From contig JAHQWJ010000009.1 of NCBI GenBank assembly GCA_029856125.1, positions 1 through 64,000 of the forward strand: 64,000 nt of DNA, written 5' to 3'. The notes beneath the pieces were generated by a model that worked only from the letters and a program-made list of their open reading frames with translations, was not told the DNA's origin and ran no database searches. Position numbers and translations under genes: made by a program. This document shows, one piece after another, positions 19,821 through 29,205 of the stretch (position 1 is the first letter of the stretch; each line of letters opens with the position of its first letter). Source of the stretch: Promethearchaeia archaeon. GTDB lineage: Archaea; Asgardarchaeota; Lokiarchaeia; Sigyniarchaeales; SOKP01.

Positions 19821-20198
19821 TTATTCTTTTTGTTCTAGTTCTTCAATGCGTTTGGTTATGTCTTCAAGAGCATTACTAATTCCTTTAACTTCGGATTCCA
19901 AGTAAGTTTTTTCTTGTTTTAGCATTGTTAATCTATCTACTGGTTCCAAGGGGGCTCTTGAAGTATAAACCGGGGCAGTATTAATAATTGGAGGATACAT
20001 CGGCTCTCTATAACCCCATCCTCGCCCATATCCTCTACCTCGTCCGGAACCCCAGGCCATTCCTCGACCTCCACCTCGTCCATAACCAAATCCTGGACCG
20101 TAAGCTGATCCTGGAGCATCATATCCCGCACAATAACCTAATGCTCTTCCAGTTCTTGCTCCAAGGCCTCTAGGGCCAGTTCTATCTCCACCAGGCAT
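19821..20198 (-). CDS. DUF5320-family protein
   Basis: MPGGDRTGP.G.G..TGR.LGYCAG, Gly/Arg-rich middle, C-terminal coiled coil. Confidence 0.88.
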   Translation of the reverse strand: MPGGDRTGPRGLGARTGRALGYCAGYDAPGSAYGPGFGYGRGGGRGMAWGSGRGRGYGRGWGYREPMYPPIINTAPVYTSRAPLEPVDRLTMLKQEKTYLESEVKGISNALEDITKRIEELEQKE

Positions 20199-20251
20199 TA
20201 TTTTCTTATCATCTCCTTATATTTTGTTTGTTTTTTTATAAAATTTCAATT

Positions 20252-20285
20252 TTGAATAATCATTCATTTATGAATAATCATTCAT
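20252..20285. promoter_or_regulatory. Two tandem operator palindromes TTGAATAATCATTCAT and ATGAATAATCATTCAT (18-bp period)
   Basis: Direct repeat of the motif in the DUF5320/NifX divergent promoter. Confidence 0.72.
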
Positions 20286-20327
20286 TTCATGCTATGAATA
20301 GAATATCAAATACAATATTTAAGTATT

Positions 20328-20343
20328 ATGAATAATTATCCAA
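20328..20343. promoter_or_regulatory. Operator candidate ATGAATAATTATCCAA
   Basis: Motif copy about 56 bp upstream of 20400; extends to a 25-bp match (2 mismatches) with 13649-13673. Confidence 0.6.
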
Positions 20344-20399
20344 AATAATTACTTATAAAATATTATAAATAATAAGTAAAAAAAAAAGTGATTTAAAAG

Positions 20400-20813
20400 T
20401 TGAAAGTAGCTATATGTACAGAAATGGGAAGTGTTTCGCAACATTTTGGTCGGGCTCCAGAGTTTACTTTTGTTTCAATTGAAGATAACAAAGTAGTTGA
20501 AAAAAAAGTGTTACCTAATCCAGGACACGAAATTGGGAGTATACCACAATTTATTAACGAAAATGGTGCCACTTGTATGATCGCCGGGGGAATTGGTCAT
20601 AGAGCCGTTGATTTCTTTAGTCAATACGGGATTGAAGTTATTAGGGGTGTTACTGGCCAAATTAACGATGTTATTGCTAAAATTTTAGACGGAACGTTAG
20701 AAGGTGGAGAAAACATTTGTTCTCCGGGTGGAGGTAAAGGTTATGGTGTAGAAAAAATCCACACTGACGCAGACGATAATAGCGATCACGATCATCATCA
20801 CCATCAGCATTAA
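20400..20813 (+). CDS. NifB/NifX-family protein with His-rich tail
   Basis: SQHFGRAPEF, NPGH, AGGIG; C-terminus DHDHHHHQH. Confidence 0.9.
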   Translation: MKVAICTEMGSVSQHFGRAPEFTFVSIEDNKVVEKKVLPNPGHEIGSIPQFINENGATCMIAGGIGHRAVDFFSQYGIEVIRGVTGQINDVIAKILDGTLEGGENICSPGGGKGYGVEKIHTDADDNSDHDHHHHQH

Positions 20814-20892
20814 TTAAAATGAATCGAAAATCTTTTGACCCATTAATTTTTCTATTAATTAAATTTTAATTAATAAGAGTAGTTCATTTTAA

Positions 20893-21339
20893 ATGCCTAA
20901 AGATAAATTTGACTTGTATGTAGAAAATCTTCAAAAAATGATACTTGAAGAGGAAATTAGAGATTATAACGAACGCATAGTTGAATTATATCACGATCCT
21001 AAAAATTGGGGTAAACCCTCTGATGATGAAATTACCGTTTCTAAATCTTACGAGGGTCCATGTGGGGATACGATGTCGTTCTTTTTGAAAATAAAAAATA
21101 ATATTATTGAAAAAGCCAATTTCCTTACTGACGGGTGCGGAGCTTCAGTGGCAACAGGATGTCAAACAACTCTTCTCATAGAGAATAAATCGTTAGATGA
21201 TGCTGAAAAAATAAAGGCAGAAGACATTGACGCCTCGTTAAACGGTTTACCAGAAGATCACAAACATTGTGCGGAATTAGCATATAGAACTTTACAATTA
21301 GCGATAGCGGATTATAAAGGATTAGTGAGTTCAAAATAA
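20893..21339 (+). CDS. IscU/NifU-N Fe-S cluster scaffold protein
   Basis: PKNWG, GPCGD, DGCG, LPEDHKHCA. Confidence 0.9.
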   Translation: MPKDKFDLYVENLQKMILEEEIRDYNERIVELYHDPKNWGKPSDDEITVSKSYEGPCGDTMSFFLKIKNNIIEKANFLTDGCGASVATGCQTTLLIENKSLDDAEKIKAEDIDASLNGLPEDHKHCAELAYRTLQLAIADYKGLVSSK

Positions 21340-21406
21340 TAAAAGAGATTTAATTAAAAAATTCTGGATTGTGCTTACGAATCGTATTTTTTTATAAAAA
21401 AAGAAA

Positions 21407-22339
21407 ATGAAATATGTATATGGACCAGTTCCTAGTAGACGATTAGGGAGTTCTTTAGGGATTGACCCTATTCCTTCAAAAACGTGCAATTTTCAGTGCA
21501 TATATTGCCAATTGGGAAAAACGACTAATTTTACAAATGAGAGAAGAGATTTTTATCTCACAGAAGAAATTTATAAAGAAATGGAAGAAGCTATTAAGCA
21601 AAACAAAGAAAAATTTGATTACATTACATTTGTAGGTAGCGGCGAACCTACATTATACAAGAGTTTAGGAAAACTGATTTTAAAGGCAAAAGAATTCTCA
21701 AGCAAACCAATCTGCGTAATTACAAATGGAGCTTTATTATATTCTCCAGAGGTTAGAAGAGAGCTAATGAATGCTGACGTAGTTCTGCCTAGTTTGGATG
21801 CGGGAGATGAAAAGTTATTCATTAAAATAAATCGTCCTCATCCCTCCATAGAGTATGAAAAAATAATTCAAGGATACATCGATTTTAGGAAAGAATTTAA
21901 CGGTCAATTCTGGATAGAAATAATGGTAATGAAGGGAATTAACGATTCAAAAGAAGAATTAGTAAAAATAAAAAATAAATTAGATTTAATCAAACCGGAT
22001 AGAATTGACATTAACGTTCCAATAAGGCCTCCTATTGAAAGTTGGGTACAAATTCCTGATAAAAACGTTATTCCGATTTTAAACGATGTTTTTGGAGAAT
22101 ATAATAACATAAATTTTCCTGAGCGGGGAATATTTAGTGTTTTTAGTTCTAATTTTGAAATGGAATTAAAGATTTTGCTTGAAAGACATCCAATGAGACA
22201 AGAACAAATTCTTGAAACATTTAGTTCAAAAAAGTTTAATGAGCAAGATGTATTACTTGAATTGAATACTCTAGCATCGCAGAATAAGATTAAAAAAGTA
22301 ATTTACAATAACCAGACCTTTTGGAAATTAATAATTTAG
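21407..22339 (+). CDS. Radical SAM protein (TYW1-like/Fe-S oxidoreductase family)
   Basis: YGPVPSRRLGSSLGID, CNFQCIYC, GSGEPTL, INRPH. Confidence 0.9.
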   Translation: MKYVYGPVPSRRLGSSLGIDPIPSKTCNFQCIYCQLGKTTNFTNERRDFYLTEEIYKEMEEAIKQNKEKFDYITFVGSGEPTLYKSLGKLILKAKEFSSKPICVITNGALLYSPEVRRELMNADVVLPSLDAGDEKLFIKINRPHPSIEYEKIIQGYIDFRKEFNGQFWIEIMVMKGINDSKEELVKIKNKLDLIKPDRIDINVPIRPPIESWVQIPDKNVIPILNDVFGEYNNINFPERGIFSVFSSNFEMELKILLERHPMRQEQILETFSSKKFNEQDVLLELNTLASQNKIKKVIYNNQTFWKLII

Positions 22340-22360
22340 CCAATAACCTGATGAGTAGCT

Positions 22361-22852
22361 ATGCCAGTTTGTACGAAATGTAAAAAGGAAAAAGGATTAA
22401 ACCAACTCGATAAATTTGATGACAAATTCATGTGTTATTCGTGTTTATATGAGAATAATAAGCCGTTTAAGATATTTCCAATCGGTTTTGTAGAAAATCT
22501 ATTAGAAAAAGGAGAAGGATTTGGGTTGAAAGGGAGTAGAAATAACGTCTCTAAAATCCACCTTTTTGAATCTCAACGAGATTTTCTTTACAAATTAGAA
22601 GAAGATGAATGGATTACTGTTGTTTTTTATTTTCATAAACAGCACAAAATTCTATCCACTTTTTCTCGAGGTATAGATGGGAAAGAGGTAGGTATTTTCG
22701 CTTCTCGGACGCCTAATCGATTATCTCGCATTGGAATTACTAATGTTAAATTAGTTAAAATTGAAGACACTACTTTATTTGTTAAAAATCTCGATGCGAT
22801 TAATGGAACACCAATTTTAGACATTAAATTGGGATCTAAAGCAAAATGGTAA
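22361..22852 (+). CDS. TrmO/TsaA-like SAM-binding protein with N-terminal CxxC...CxxC ribbon
   Basis: PIGFV, GIFASRTPNR, LDAINGTPILDIK. Confidence 0.82.
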   Translation: MPVCTKCKKEKGLNQLDKFDDKFMCYSCLYENNKPFKIFPIGFVENLLEKGEGFGLKGSRNNVSKIHLFESQRDFLYKLEEDEWITVVFYFHKQHKILSTFSRGIDGKEVGIFASRTPNRLSRIGITNVKLVKIEDTTLFVKNLDAINGTPILDIKLGSKAKW

Positions 22853-22882
22853 TTAAGAGATTTTAAATTCGTTAAATCTTAT

Positions 22883-23317
22883 CTATGTTCCCTTTACATC
22901 TATATTTGGGATTATTGCGTTGTTTGGACAATCTTTAAAACATTTCAAACAATTAAAACACTTATCCGTTGATGTATTATTAAACTTGATGTATTCTTTG
23001 TTTGTATCTGACTCAACGCAAAGGTTAAATAAATTTTGAAAACAGAAATTTGACTCTAAACATTTTTTACAAACGGTACATCTCTCTTTATCAATTTTAA
23101 AATCAATTAAACGCCCCTCTTCTAACGAGATTACTTCTATAGCGTTGTGTTCGCAAACACTCACACATTTTAGACATCCTTTACACTTATTATAATCGAC
23201 GTATCGAAGTGAATCTCGAAAAAATATTGCTTTTGTTGAACACGAATAAGAACACTTTTCACACCGGACGCAAAATTGTGGATTTATACTTATAGGAAAT
23301 AATTTTTCCATTTTCAT
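22883..23317 (-). CDS. Polyferredoxin (up to four 4Fe-4S motifs)
   Basis: CVRCEKCSYSC, CKGCLKCVSVC, CTVCKKC, CFNCLKCFKDCP. Confidence 0.85.
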   Translation of the reverse strand: MKMEKLFPISINPQFCVRCEKCSYSCSTKAIFFRDSLRYVDYNKCKGCLKCVSVCEHNAIEVISLEEGRLIDFKIDKERCTVCKKCLESNFCFQNLFNLCVESDTNKEYIKFNNTSTDKCFNCLKCFKDCPNNAIIPNIDVKGT

Positions 23318-23338
23318 GCAGTTACAGTTATTGTAATT

Positions 23339-25747
23339 CTAAAATTTATTTTCTAATCGATCTATGATGTCGTTCTGAATAGGAATCCCTAAATCAACAA
23401 AAGTCGCGTTATACCCTCCAACTTTTACAATTAAATCTGCGTAGTTCTCGGGATGGATCTTTGCGTCTTTTAAAGTTTCAGTTGAAACCACGTTTGGTTG
23501 AATCTGCATTCCTCCTTTTTCAAAATAGCCTTTTAACAGGTGATAAAACTTTTCTATGTTTTCTTTACTTTCCAAATTTTGGGGATGTAATCGCACATTA
23601 ACGGCCACTCCGTTCATAGCGCAATCGTAGTTTAATTTTGCGATTGAATTCATTATGGCGGTGATTCCGTTCTTTTCAACTCTATTCACAGGAGATAAAC
23701 TATTTGAGATGGGTCTTCCAGCTTTTCTCCCATCAGCTGTTGGTCGAGTTAATATACCTTCCATTACATGGATGCCCATTGAATAGGCTCCCGCATTATA
23801 TTGACCTCCTCTTAAAGGTGTATTCTTAACGACCTCTTGCGTAAACAAATCCCATAATTCAATAGCAAAGGAATCAATTTCAGCACCATCGTTCCCCCAC
23901 TTTTCGTAATTATTAATTAATTTTTGTCGAAGAACTTCATTATCCTCAAAATTTGAATTGAGAATATCTATAATCTCTGGTAACGTCATTAACTTTTCTT
24001 CGTAAACGACTTTTTTAATGTTATACATGGAATCGACTAAAGTAGCAAACCCATAAGCAGTAATCGACGAATAATTGTACTTTGCCCCTCCACACACGTA
24101 ATCCTTCGCACTTTCCAAGCACCCATCAAGCGTAGCAGATACAATTGGATGTTGAAAGAAGTTCATAACTACTTTATCTCCAGCGTCGGCAATCCTCACA
24201 GAATTTTTAATGTTATGTTTAAGTTGGCGTGTAAACGCATTGTATAATAGATCGTATGTGGTAAACTCTCTTGGGTTTCCTGTCTGTAAACCGTCTATTT
24301 TTCTAGAGAAATTGCTATATCCATTATTTAAAGTTAATTCCAACACTCCTGGTAGATTTAGGAACATCCTACCCGTTGCTGAAAAGCTATTTCCTTGGCC
24401 TGTAGGTTCTACACATCCGATTATAACGTAATTCCGAGCATCCTCAAGAGAATAACCGGTACTTTGAAGTGCTGGAACTATAACTTCATCGTTATAAAAT
24501 GCAATACCTGAAGTGTGTTTAAAAACTTTAATCGCGTTTTCAAAGAATTCTTTTGGAGTTTTTTTATGAATTCTTACAGAAAGATCAGTTGTAAGAACTT
24601 TTACATTCTTATACGCTTCAAGAAATAGGTAGGATAACTCATTTGTTGCGTCTTTACCGTTTAAATCCATACCGGCAATAGTAATTGTCTGGGTGTTCTG
24701 ACCAAGTGCGTTAGCTACCAAAGTAAAGTCTGTAGGTAAAATTGTAACGTTCCAAGTTAATTTTAAGTTGAGTTCTTCTATTAATTCCAACGCGTGTTCT
24801 TTATCAATCTCCCCGTTTTTAAGATCTTGAACATAGTAAGGCCATAAAATCTGATCTAATCGGCCAAGAGCTACAACGCTTCGTTGGTAAGTAATATTTA
24901 TGACATTTTGAGTAAACCATATAAATTGAACTGCCTCGTAAAAGGTTTCTGGAACTGATTCAGTAAATTTATCCATCATAGCTCCGATAATATTAAGCTC
25001 TTTTTTTCGTATTTCGTTGCTTTGAGTTTTCGCCATTTCTTGAGAAAGAGCTGAAAACCTGCGTGAAAATTCTATAGCCGCTCTATAATATATTTTAACT
25101 GCTTCGTAAAAATTATATTTTTCTTGATAATCGTTACCCGCTTTATCTAACCGGGATTTATATGATTCAGCTTCTTCAATTATCCCTCTGTATCCAAGTT
25201 TTAAAAGTTTTTCGTACCCAGCACATATATGTCCTTCTGTCGTTCCAATTTGAATGGAAACATTTGGTGCTAAGGAGGTAATTTTTCCTTCTCCTTTGAG
25301 AAGTTTTTCTTCCCGTAATTTCTTATTAATCCGACCTTCTAATAGCGATTTTTCTTTCCAAAAAGGAATCACTTCGAGTAACTCATCAATCTCCGGCTCT
25401 TCGATAAAAAAAGGTTGAAGTTTTCTTCTTCTTAGCTTCTTATAGGTTGACCTCTTTTCTAAGCTGTTATCATAACGCTGAAGATCGAGATTGATTTTTT
25501 CACCCAAATTTTTACTTGTTTCATTTCCAACCAGTAATTCATCGTCTCTAATAAAAATGGTCATATTTTTTAGAGTATGTGCTATAGCTTTCGCTCTCTT
25601 AATAACTTCAGGATCGTCCGGATATTGTTTGTATATCTCAGTGAAAAATCTCATGCGTTCGATACATAATTCATACTTGCTTGATAGCATGTTACTTTTG
25701 AGATTATTAATCCGTTCGGAAGGAGTTTCAACAGTCAAATTCTTCAC
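23339..25747 (-). CDS. Glycyl radical enzyme (PFL-like superfamily, GCVEP eliminase-type)
   Basis: GRLDQ, IIGCVEPT Cys loop, ADGRKAG, QPNVVS, Gly loop LIVKVGGYNATF. Confidence 0.93.
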   Translation of the reverse strand: MKNLTVETPSERINNLKSNMLSSKYELCIERMRFFTEIYKQYPDDPEVIKRAKAIAHTLKNMTIFIRDDELLVGNETSKNLGEKINLDLQRYDNSLEKRSTYKKLRRRKLQPFFIEEPEIDELLEVIPFWKEKSLLEGRINKKLREEKLLKGEGKITSLAPNVSIQIGTTEGHICAGYEKLLKLGYRGIIEEAESYKSRLDKAGNDYQEKYNFYEAVKIYYRAAIEFSRRFSALSQEMAKTQSNEIRKKELNIIGAMMDKFTESVPETFYEAVQFIWFTQNVINITYQRSVVALGRLDQILWPYYVQDLKNGEIDKEHALELIEELNLKLTWNVTILPTDFTLVANALGQNTQTITIAGMDLNGKDATNELSYLFLEAYKNVKVLTTDLSVRIHKKTPKEFFENAIKVFKHTSGIAFYNDEVIVPALQSTGYSLEDARNYVIIGCVEPTGQGNSFSATGRMFLNLPGVLELTLNNGYSNFSRKIDGLQTGNPREFTTYDLLYNAFTRQLKHNIKNSVRIADAGDKVVMNFFQHPIVSATLDGCLESAKDYVCGGAKYNYSSITAYGFATLVDSMYNIKKVVYEEKLMTLPEIIDILNSNFEDNEVLRQKLINNYEKWGNDGAEIDSFAIELWDLFTQEVVKNTPLRGGQYNAGAYSMGIHVMEGILTRPTADGRKAGRPISNSLSPVNRVEKNGITAIMNSIAKLNYDCAMNGVAVNVRLHPQNLESKENIEKFYHLLKGYFEKGGMQIQPNVVSTETLKDAKIHPENYADLIVKVGGYNATFVDLGIPIQNDIIDRLENKF

Positions 25748-25858
25748 TGAAATTTAAAATTAATTGTAATTAATGTAAATCAACAATCTAATAAGTATTT
25801 TAAAACTTTAAAAAATAAGTAAAATAGCTTAACAACAATTATTCTCTAATCGTTCGAA

Positions 25859-26656
25859 ATGAAAGTTACACTAAACCCAAATACCATCTATAAGAAAATA
25901 CTTCAGAATAAAATAACGAAGATCGAAGGTATTGAATTTCTAATTTCGATTATCGAAAAATCTCATAATACTAATGCTAGATTGAGAAGCTTAGAGATTC
26001 TATTCAAGCTTAAAACTCAAGAACACATAGTTTTTAAAATATTAGAAAATTGTATAATTTCTGACGAAAATGAAGAGATTAGGATAGTTTCCGCTAAAAA
26101 TGTTTTAGAAAATCATTTACATATTGGAGAAAAATGCTTGGAATGGGCTCTTTTAAATGATAAGTCATCTAGATTAGTTAAAATCCTTGGAAAGTTGTTA
26201 AATAATCCAAAAGTGGATCGATACAAGGCTCTCTACGCAATTTATCTTCATCGATTAGAGAAAATAGCCGAAAAGTTTGATGTTGTTTCTGATGAAGTAC
26301 CATTCTTATTGGATATAGAATTTAATATTGAAAATTATAACAGTTTTAATTGGGGTTCAAACAGTAAACTGATCTATGATGACGAAGTAATGTTTAAAAT
26401 TCAAGACCAACACATTTTAGAATTAAGCGTCTCCCTAAGGGATCAAATTCCTTCCTCCATTAATTTATTGAAGAATTTAAGTAATTTGGATCTTAGCTGT
26501 AATAATTTAACTGATTTGCCAGATACCTTCAGCGACCTTACAAGTCTTGAAAGTCTTGATTTGAGTTGGAACGACTTTAAAGTTGTCCCAGATGTCTTGA
26601 ATGAGTTAAAATCGATTGAGAAAATTCATTTTCATAATAATCTCACTCAGAACTAA
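25859..26656 (+). CDS. HEAT-like plus leucine-rich repeat protein
   Basis: LKNLSNLDLSCNNLTDLP and LTSLESLDLSWNDF LRRs; N-terminal LENCIISDENEEIR. Confidence 0.85.
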   Translation: MKVTLNPNTIYKKILQNKITKIEGIEFLISIIEKSHNTNARLRSLEILFKLKTQEHIVFKILENCIISDENEEIRIVSAKNVLENHLHIGEKCLEWALLNDKSSRLVKILGKLLNNPKVDRYKALYAIYLHRLEKIAEKFDVVSDEVPFLLDIEFNIENYNSFNWGSNSKLIYDDEVMFKIQDQHILELSVSLRDQIPSSINLLKNLSNLDLSCNNLTDLPDTFSDLTSLESLDLSWNDFKVVPDVLNELKSIEKIHFHNNLTQN

Positions 26657-26724
26657 CCTAACTGAAATTTGAAAGAGATAGCCTTTTCAATAAGTTTCAA
26701 ATTCTTTAGAACTTTAAAAGAAAT

Positions 26725-27504
26725 ATGACATTTCCAAATTTTCCAAATAAACATCACGAGAAAGCTGTTGTTCAGGCTGAAGATTTCTGGAAGTATAAGA
26801 AAGAACTTGGCGTATATCCTGATATTGAACCTCCAGAGGGAGTAATAATTTGTTATTCCCCTACAATCTTGAATTACATAGTAGAAAATTATTCTCTTAC
26901 TAAAGTTGACAATGTTCATGCAAGTAAATTTTATCTTTTGAACGATTCTGACAAAAAGATTGCACTTTGTGGAACTTTTGGAATCGGAGCTCCAGTAGTT
27001 GGAATTCTCTTGGAAGAACTTAAAGCTTTTGGTGTTAAATTATTTGTTTCAATAGGGACCGCTGGCTCTCTACAGAAAAAACTCCAATTAGGTAGTACCA
27101 TTATCTGCACGAGAGCAATTAGAGACGAGGGAACATCGCATCATTACGCATTAAGTGAAAAGTACTCGTATCCTTCTCGTGACTTGACTGAAAAGTTGAT
27201 CGAAATAGCTAAAGAAATGAAATTAAATTACCACCGTGGAACAAGTTGGACAACTGACGCCCCTTATCGCGAAACTTTAGTTGAGTTAAAACATTACCGA
27301 GATGAAGGTGTATTAACAGTTGAAATGGAAGCAGCTGCTATATTTGTGATTGCAAAGTGTTTAAACATCGAAGCAGGGGCAATTTTTACTATTAGCGATT
27401 ATTTGACTGAAGAAAATTGGGAGCTTCACTTTCATTTAACTGAAGAACATCTACATACTTTATTTACTCTAGCTAAAAAGACATTAAGTTCTCTATTACT
27501 GTAA
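26725..27504 (+). CDS. Nucleoside phosphorylase (PNP/UDP family)
   Basis: GIGAP, GTAGSL, AIRDEGTSHHY, WTTDAPYRET, VEMEAAA. Confidence 0.92.
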   Translation: MTFPNFPNKHHEKAVVQAEDFWKYKKELGVYPDIEPPEGVIICYSPTILNYIVENYSLTKVDNVHASKFYLLNDSDKKIALCGTFGIGAPVVGILLEELKAFGVKLFVSIGTAGSLQKKLQLGSTIICTRAIRDEGTSHHYALSEKYSYPSRDLTEKLIEIAKEMKLNYHRGTSWTTDAPYRETLVELKHYRDEGVLTVEMEAAAIFVIAKCLNIEAGAIFTISDYLTEENWELHFHLTEEHLHTLFTLAKKTLSSLLL

Positions 27505-27577
27505 TTGTTAAATCCCGAGCTTAAGCTCAGTCCTAAATTATAAATTCAAAAGTGTTTTTATTAAATTACTAAAAAAA

Positions 27578-28432
27578 GTGATAAAAGTGAATTTTGAGAC
27601 TATTAAATTTGAATTAAAGGAAAATGGAATTGGAATTCTTTCCTTAAATCGTCCGGAAAAATTGAACGCTATTAACTTCCAAATGGAAAAGGAGTTACAC
27701 GAGTTATTTGATCATTTAATGGTTAATTTGGATTGTCGTGTGTTGATTTTTAGAGCTGAGGGAAGGGCATTCTGTGCAGGAACTGATTTACAGGAAGCGT
27801 TGATCTTAAACACTAAAAAGAAACCTGAAGGGTACGAGAAATATTATTTTCTAAACGTTTCAGAACCAATTAAAAAAAAAATATACCATCAGTGGCGTAT
27901 TAGTTCGATTTTTATGAAAATGCGCAAGATTAGCCAACCAATTATCGCTTTAGTTCACGGTGCGGCTGCTGGAGGTGGATTTGGCTTTGCTATGGCTTCA
28001 GATATCCGGATTGTAGGTAATAATGTTAAGTTCATTAACGCCTCAATTAATATTGGGTTAACGGGAGCAGATGTAGGCGGAAGTTACTTTCTTCCTCGAT
28101 TAATAGGATTATCGAGAGCTTCTGAGATAATGTACACTGGAAGACAAGTTGGGGCGGAAGAATCGGTCAAAATTGGATTAGCTTTAAGATCTGTTGAGTT
28201 AAAAGATCTATTAGACTCTGGGTTGGAGTTAGCTGACGAGATGCTAAAGAAGAGCCCGTTAGGTTTGCGAATGACTAAACAATCGTTAAATTTAACTCTT
28301 GATTCTCCAAGTTTAGAAACAATATGTCAATTGGAAAACTCCAGTATTGTGCTCACTTTTAGTTCTAAAGACGTGAACGAAGCCTCTGCTGCTTTTTTTG
28401 GGAAGAGAGATCCAAAATACCCTTTAAGTTAA
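27578..28432 (+). CDS. Enoyl-CoA hydratase/isomerase family protein
   Basis: LNRPEKLNAI, FCAGTDL, PIIALVHGAAAGGG, SDIR. Confidence 0.93.
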   Translation: MIKVNFETIKFELKENGIGILSLNRPEKLNAINFQMEKELHELFDHLMVNLDCRVLIFRAEGRAFCAGTDLQEALILNTKKKPEGYEKYYFLNVSEPIKKKIYHQWRISSIFMKMRKISQPIIALVHGAAAGGGFGFAMASDIRIVGNNVKFINASINIGLTGADVGGSYFLPRLIGLSRASEIMYTGRQVGAEESVKIGLALRSVELKDLLDSGLELADEMLKKSPLGLRMTKQSLNLTLDSPSLETICQLENSSIVLTFSSKDVNEASAAFFGKRDPKYPLS

Positions 28433-28486
28433 ATCTGATTTTAGAATGAGAAAATAAAAATAAAAAAACAAAGAATAACTAGTAGA

Positions 28487-28996
28487 TTATTCTCTTATTT
28501 GGAGTTTTGGAGTAATAGGTGAAGCCCCACCCAAATTAGTTATAACTGGGCAATGAGAAAATACTTTTTCCATCAATTCCTCAATTTTTTCTTTAGGGGC
28601 GTCTGCTTTAATCCTAACAACAGGTTCGAGTTTATCGTAACCCGCAAGTTTACTGTCGTCAAGTCCAAAAATTGCTCCAAGATTAATATGACCACGAGAA
28701 AACACTTTCAATTCTGTGATTTTTATATCCATAATCTTGGCCCAAAATTTCGTAACTGCAACTATACATGCGCCTATTGAGGCTAAAATAACGAGTAGTG
28801 GAGATGGTCCTTCATTTGTTCCGTCTAAGCCCAGAGGTGCATCAATTAATATTTCAAAAGGCTTTGCTCCCATTGTGCATTTAACTTGCATACCTTCCGA
28901 TAGCATTTCACACTCAATGTTAAAATTCTTTTCCCCCTTGTTCCAATCTTCTTTTATTGCTTCATACGTTTCTTTAAAGCTTGGCATTTTTTTCAC
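28487..28996 (-). CDS. OsmC/Ohr-family protein
   Basis: DAP..LDG...GPSP...ASIGAC and HCPV (two conserved Cys). Confidence 0.88.
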   Translation of the reverse strand: MKKMPSFKETYEAIKEDWNKGEKNFNIECEMLSEGMQVKCTMGAKPFEILIDAPLGLDGTNEGPSPLLVILASIGACIVAVTKFWAKIMDIKITELKVFSRGHINLGAIFGLDDSKLAGYDKLEPVVRIKADAPKEKIEELMEKVFSHCPVITNLGGASPITPKLQIRE

Positions 28997-29019
28997 TTTT
29001 TGTTAATATTTTTTCTATA

Positions 29020-29035
29020 ATGAATGATTATTCAT
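29020..29035. promoter_or_regulatory. Operator palindrome ATGAATGATTATTCAT
   Basis: Exact reverse complement of 20270-20285; about 23 bp upstream of the OsmC start. Confidence 0.72.
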
Positions 29036-29205
29036 AATTTGTACTTATGTATAAAGAATAATTAATTCTATTTAAATTTCTCTAATTAGAAGAGCTGCTA
29101 GCAGCGTGCCTTTTTGTAGATATTTTAAATTAAAAGAGTTACCTTTATCATTAGTTTTATCATTTGTATCTTAAAAACAGATTAGATAACTAGTGGTAGA
29201 TTAAA

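Noticed and set aside
20252-20290. Tandem 18-bp repeat as a mini CRISPR array
   Set aside because: Only two adjacent units, no spacers, no cas genes; better explained as tandem operators
13155-20813. Nitrogen fixation inferred from NifB/NifX and NifU-like genes
   Set aside because: No nifH/D/K or radical-SAM NifB; these small domains are widespread in non-diazotrophs
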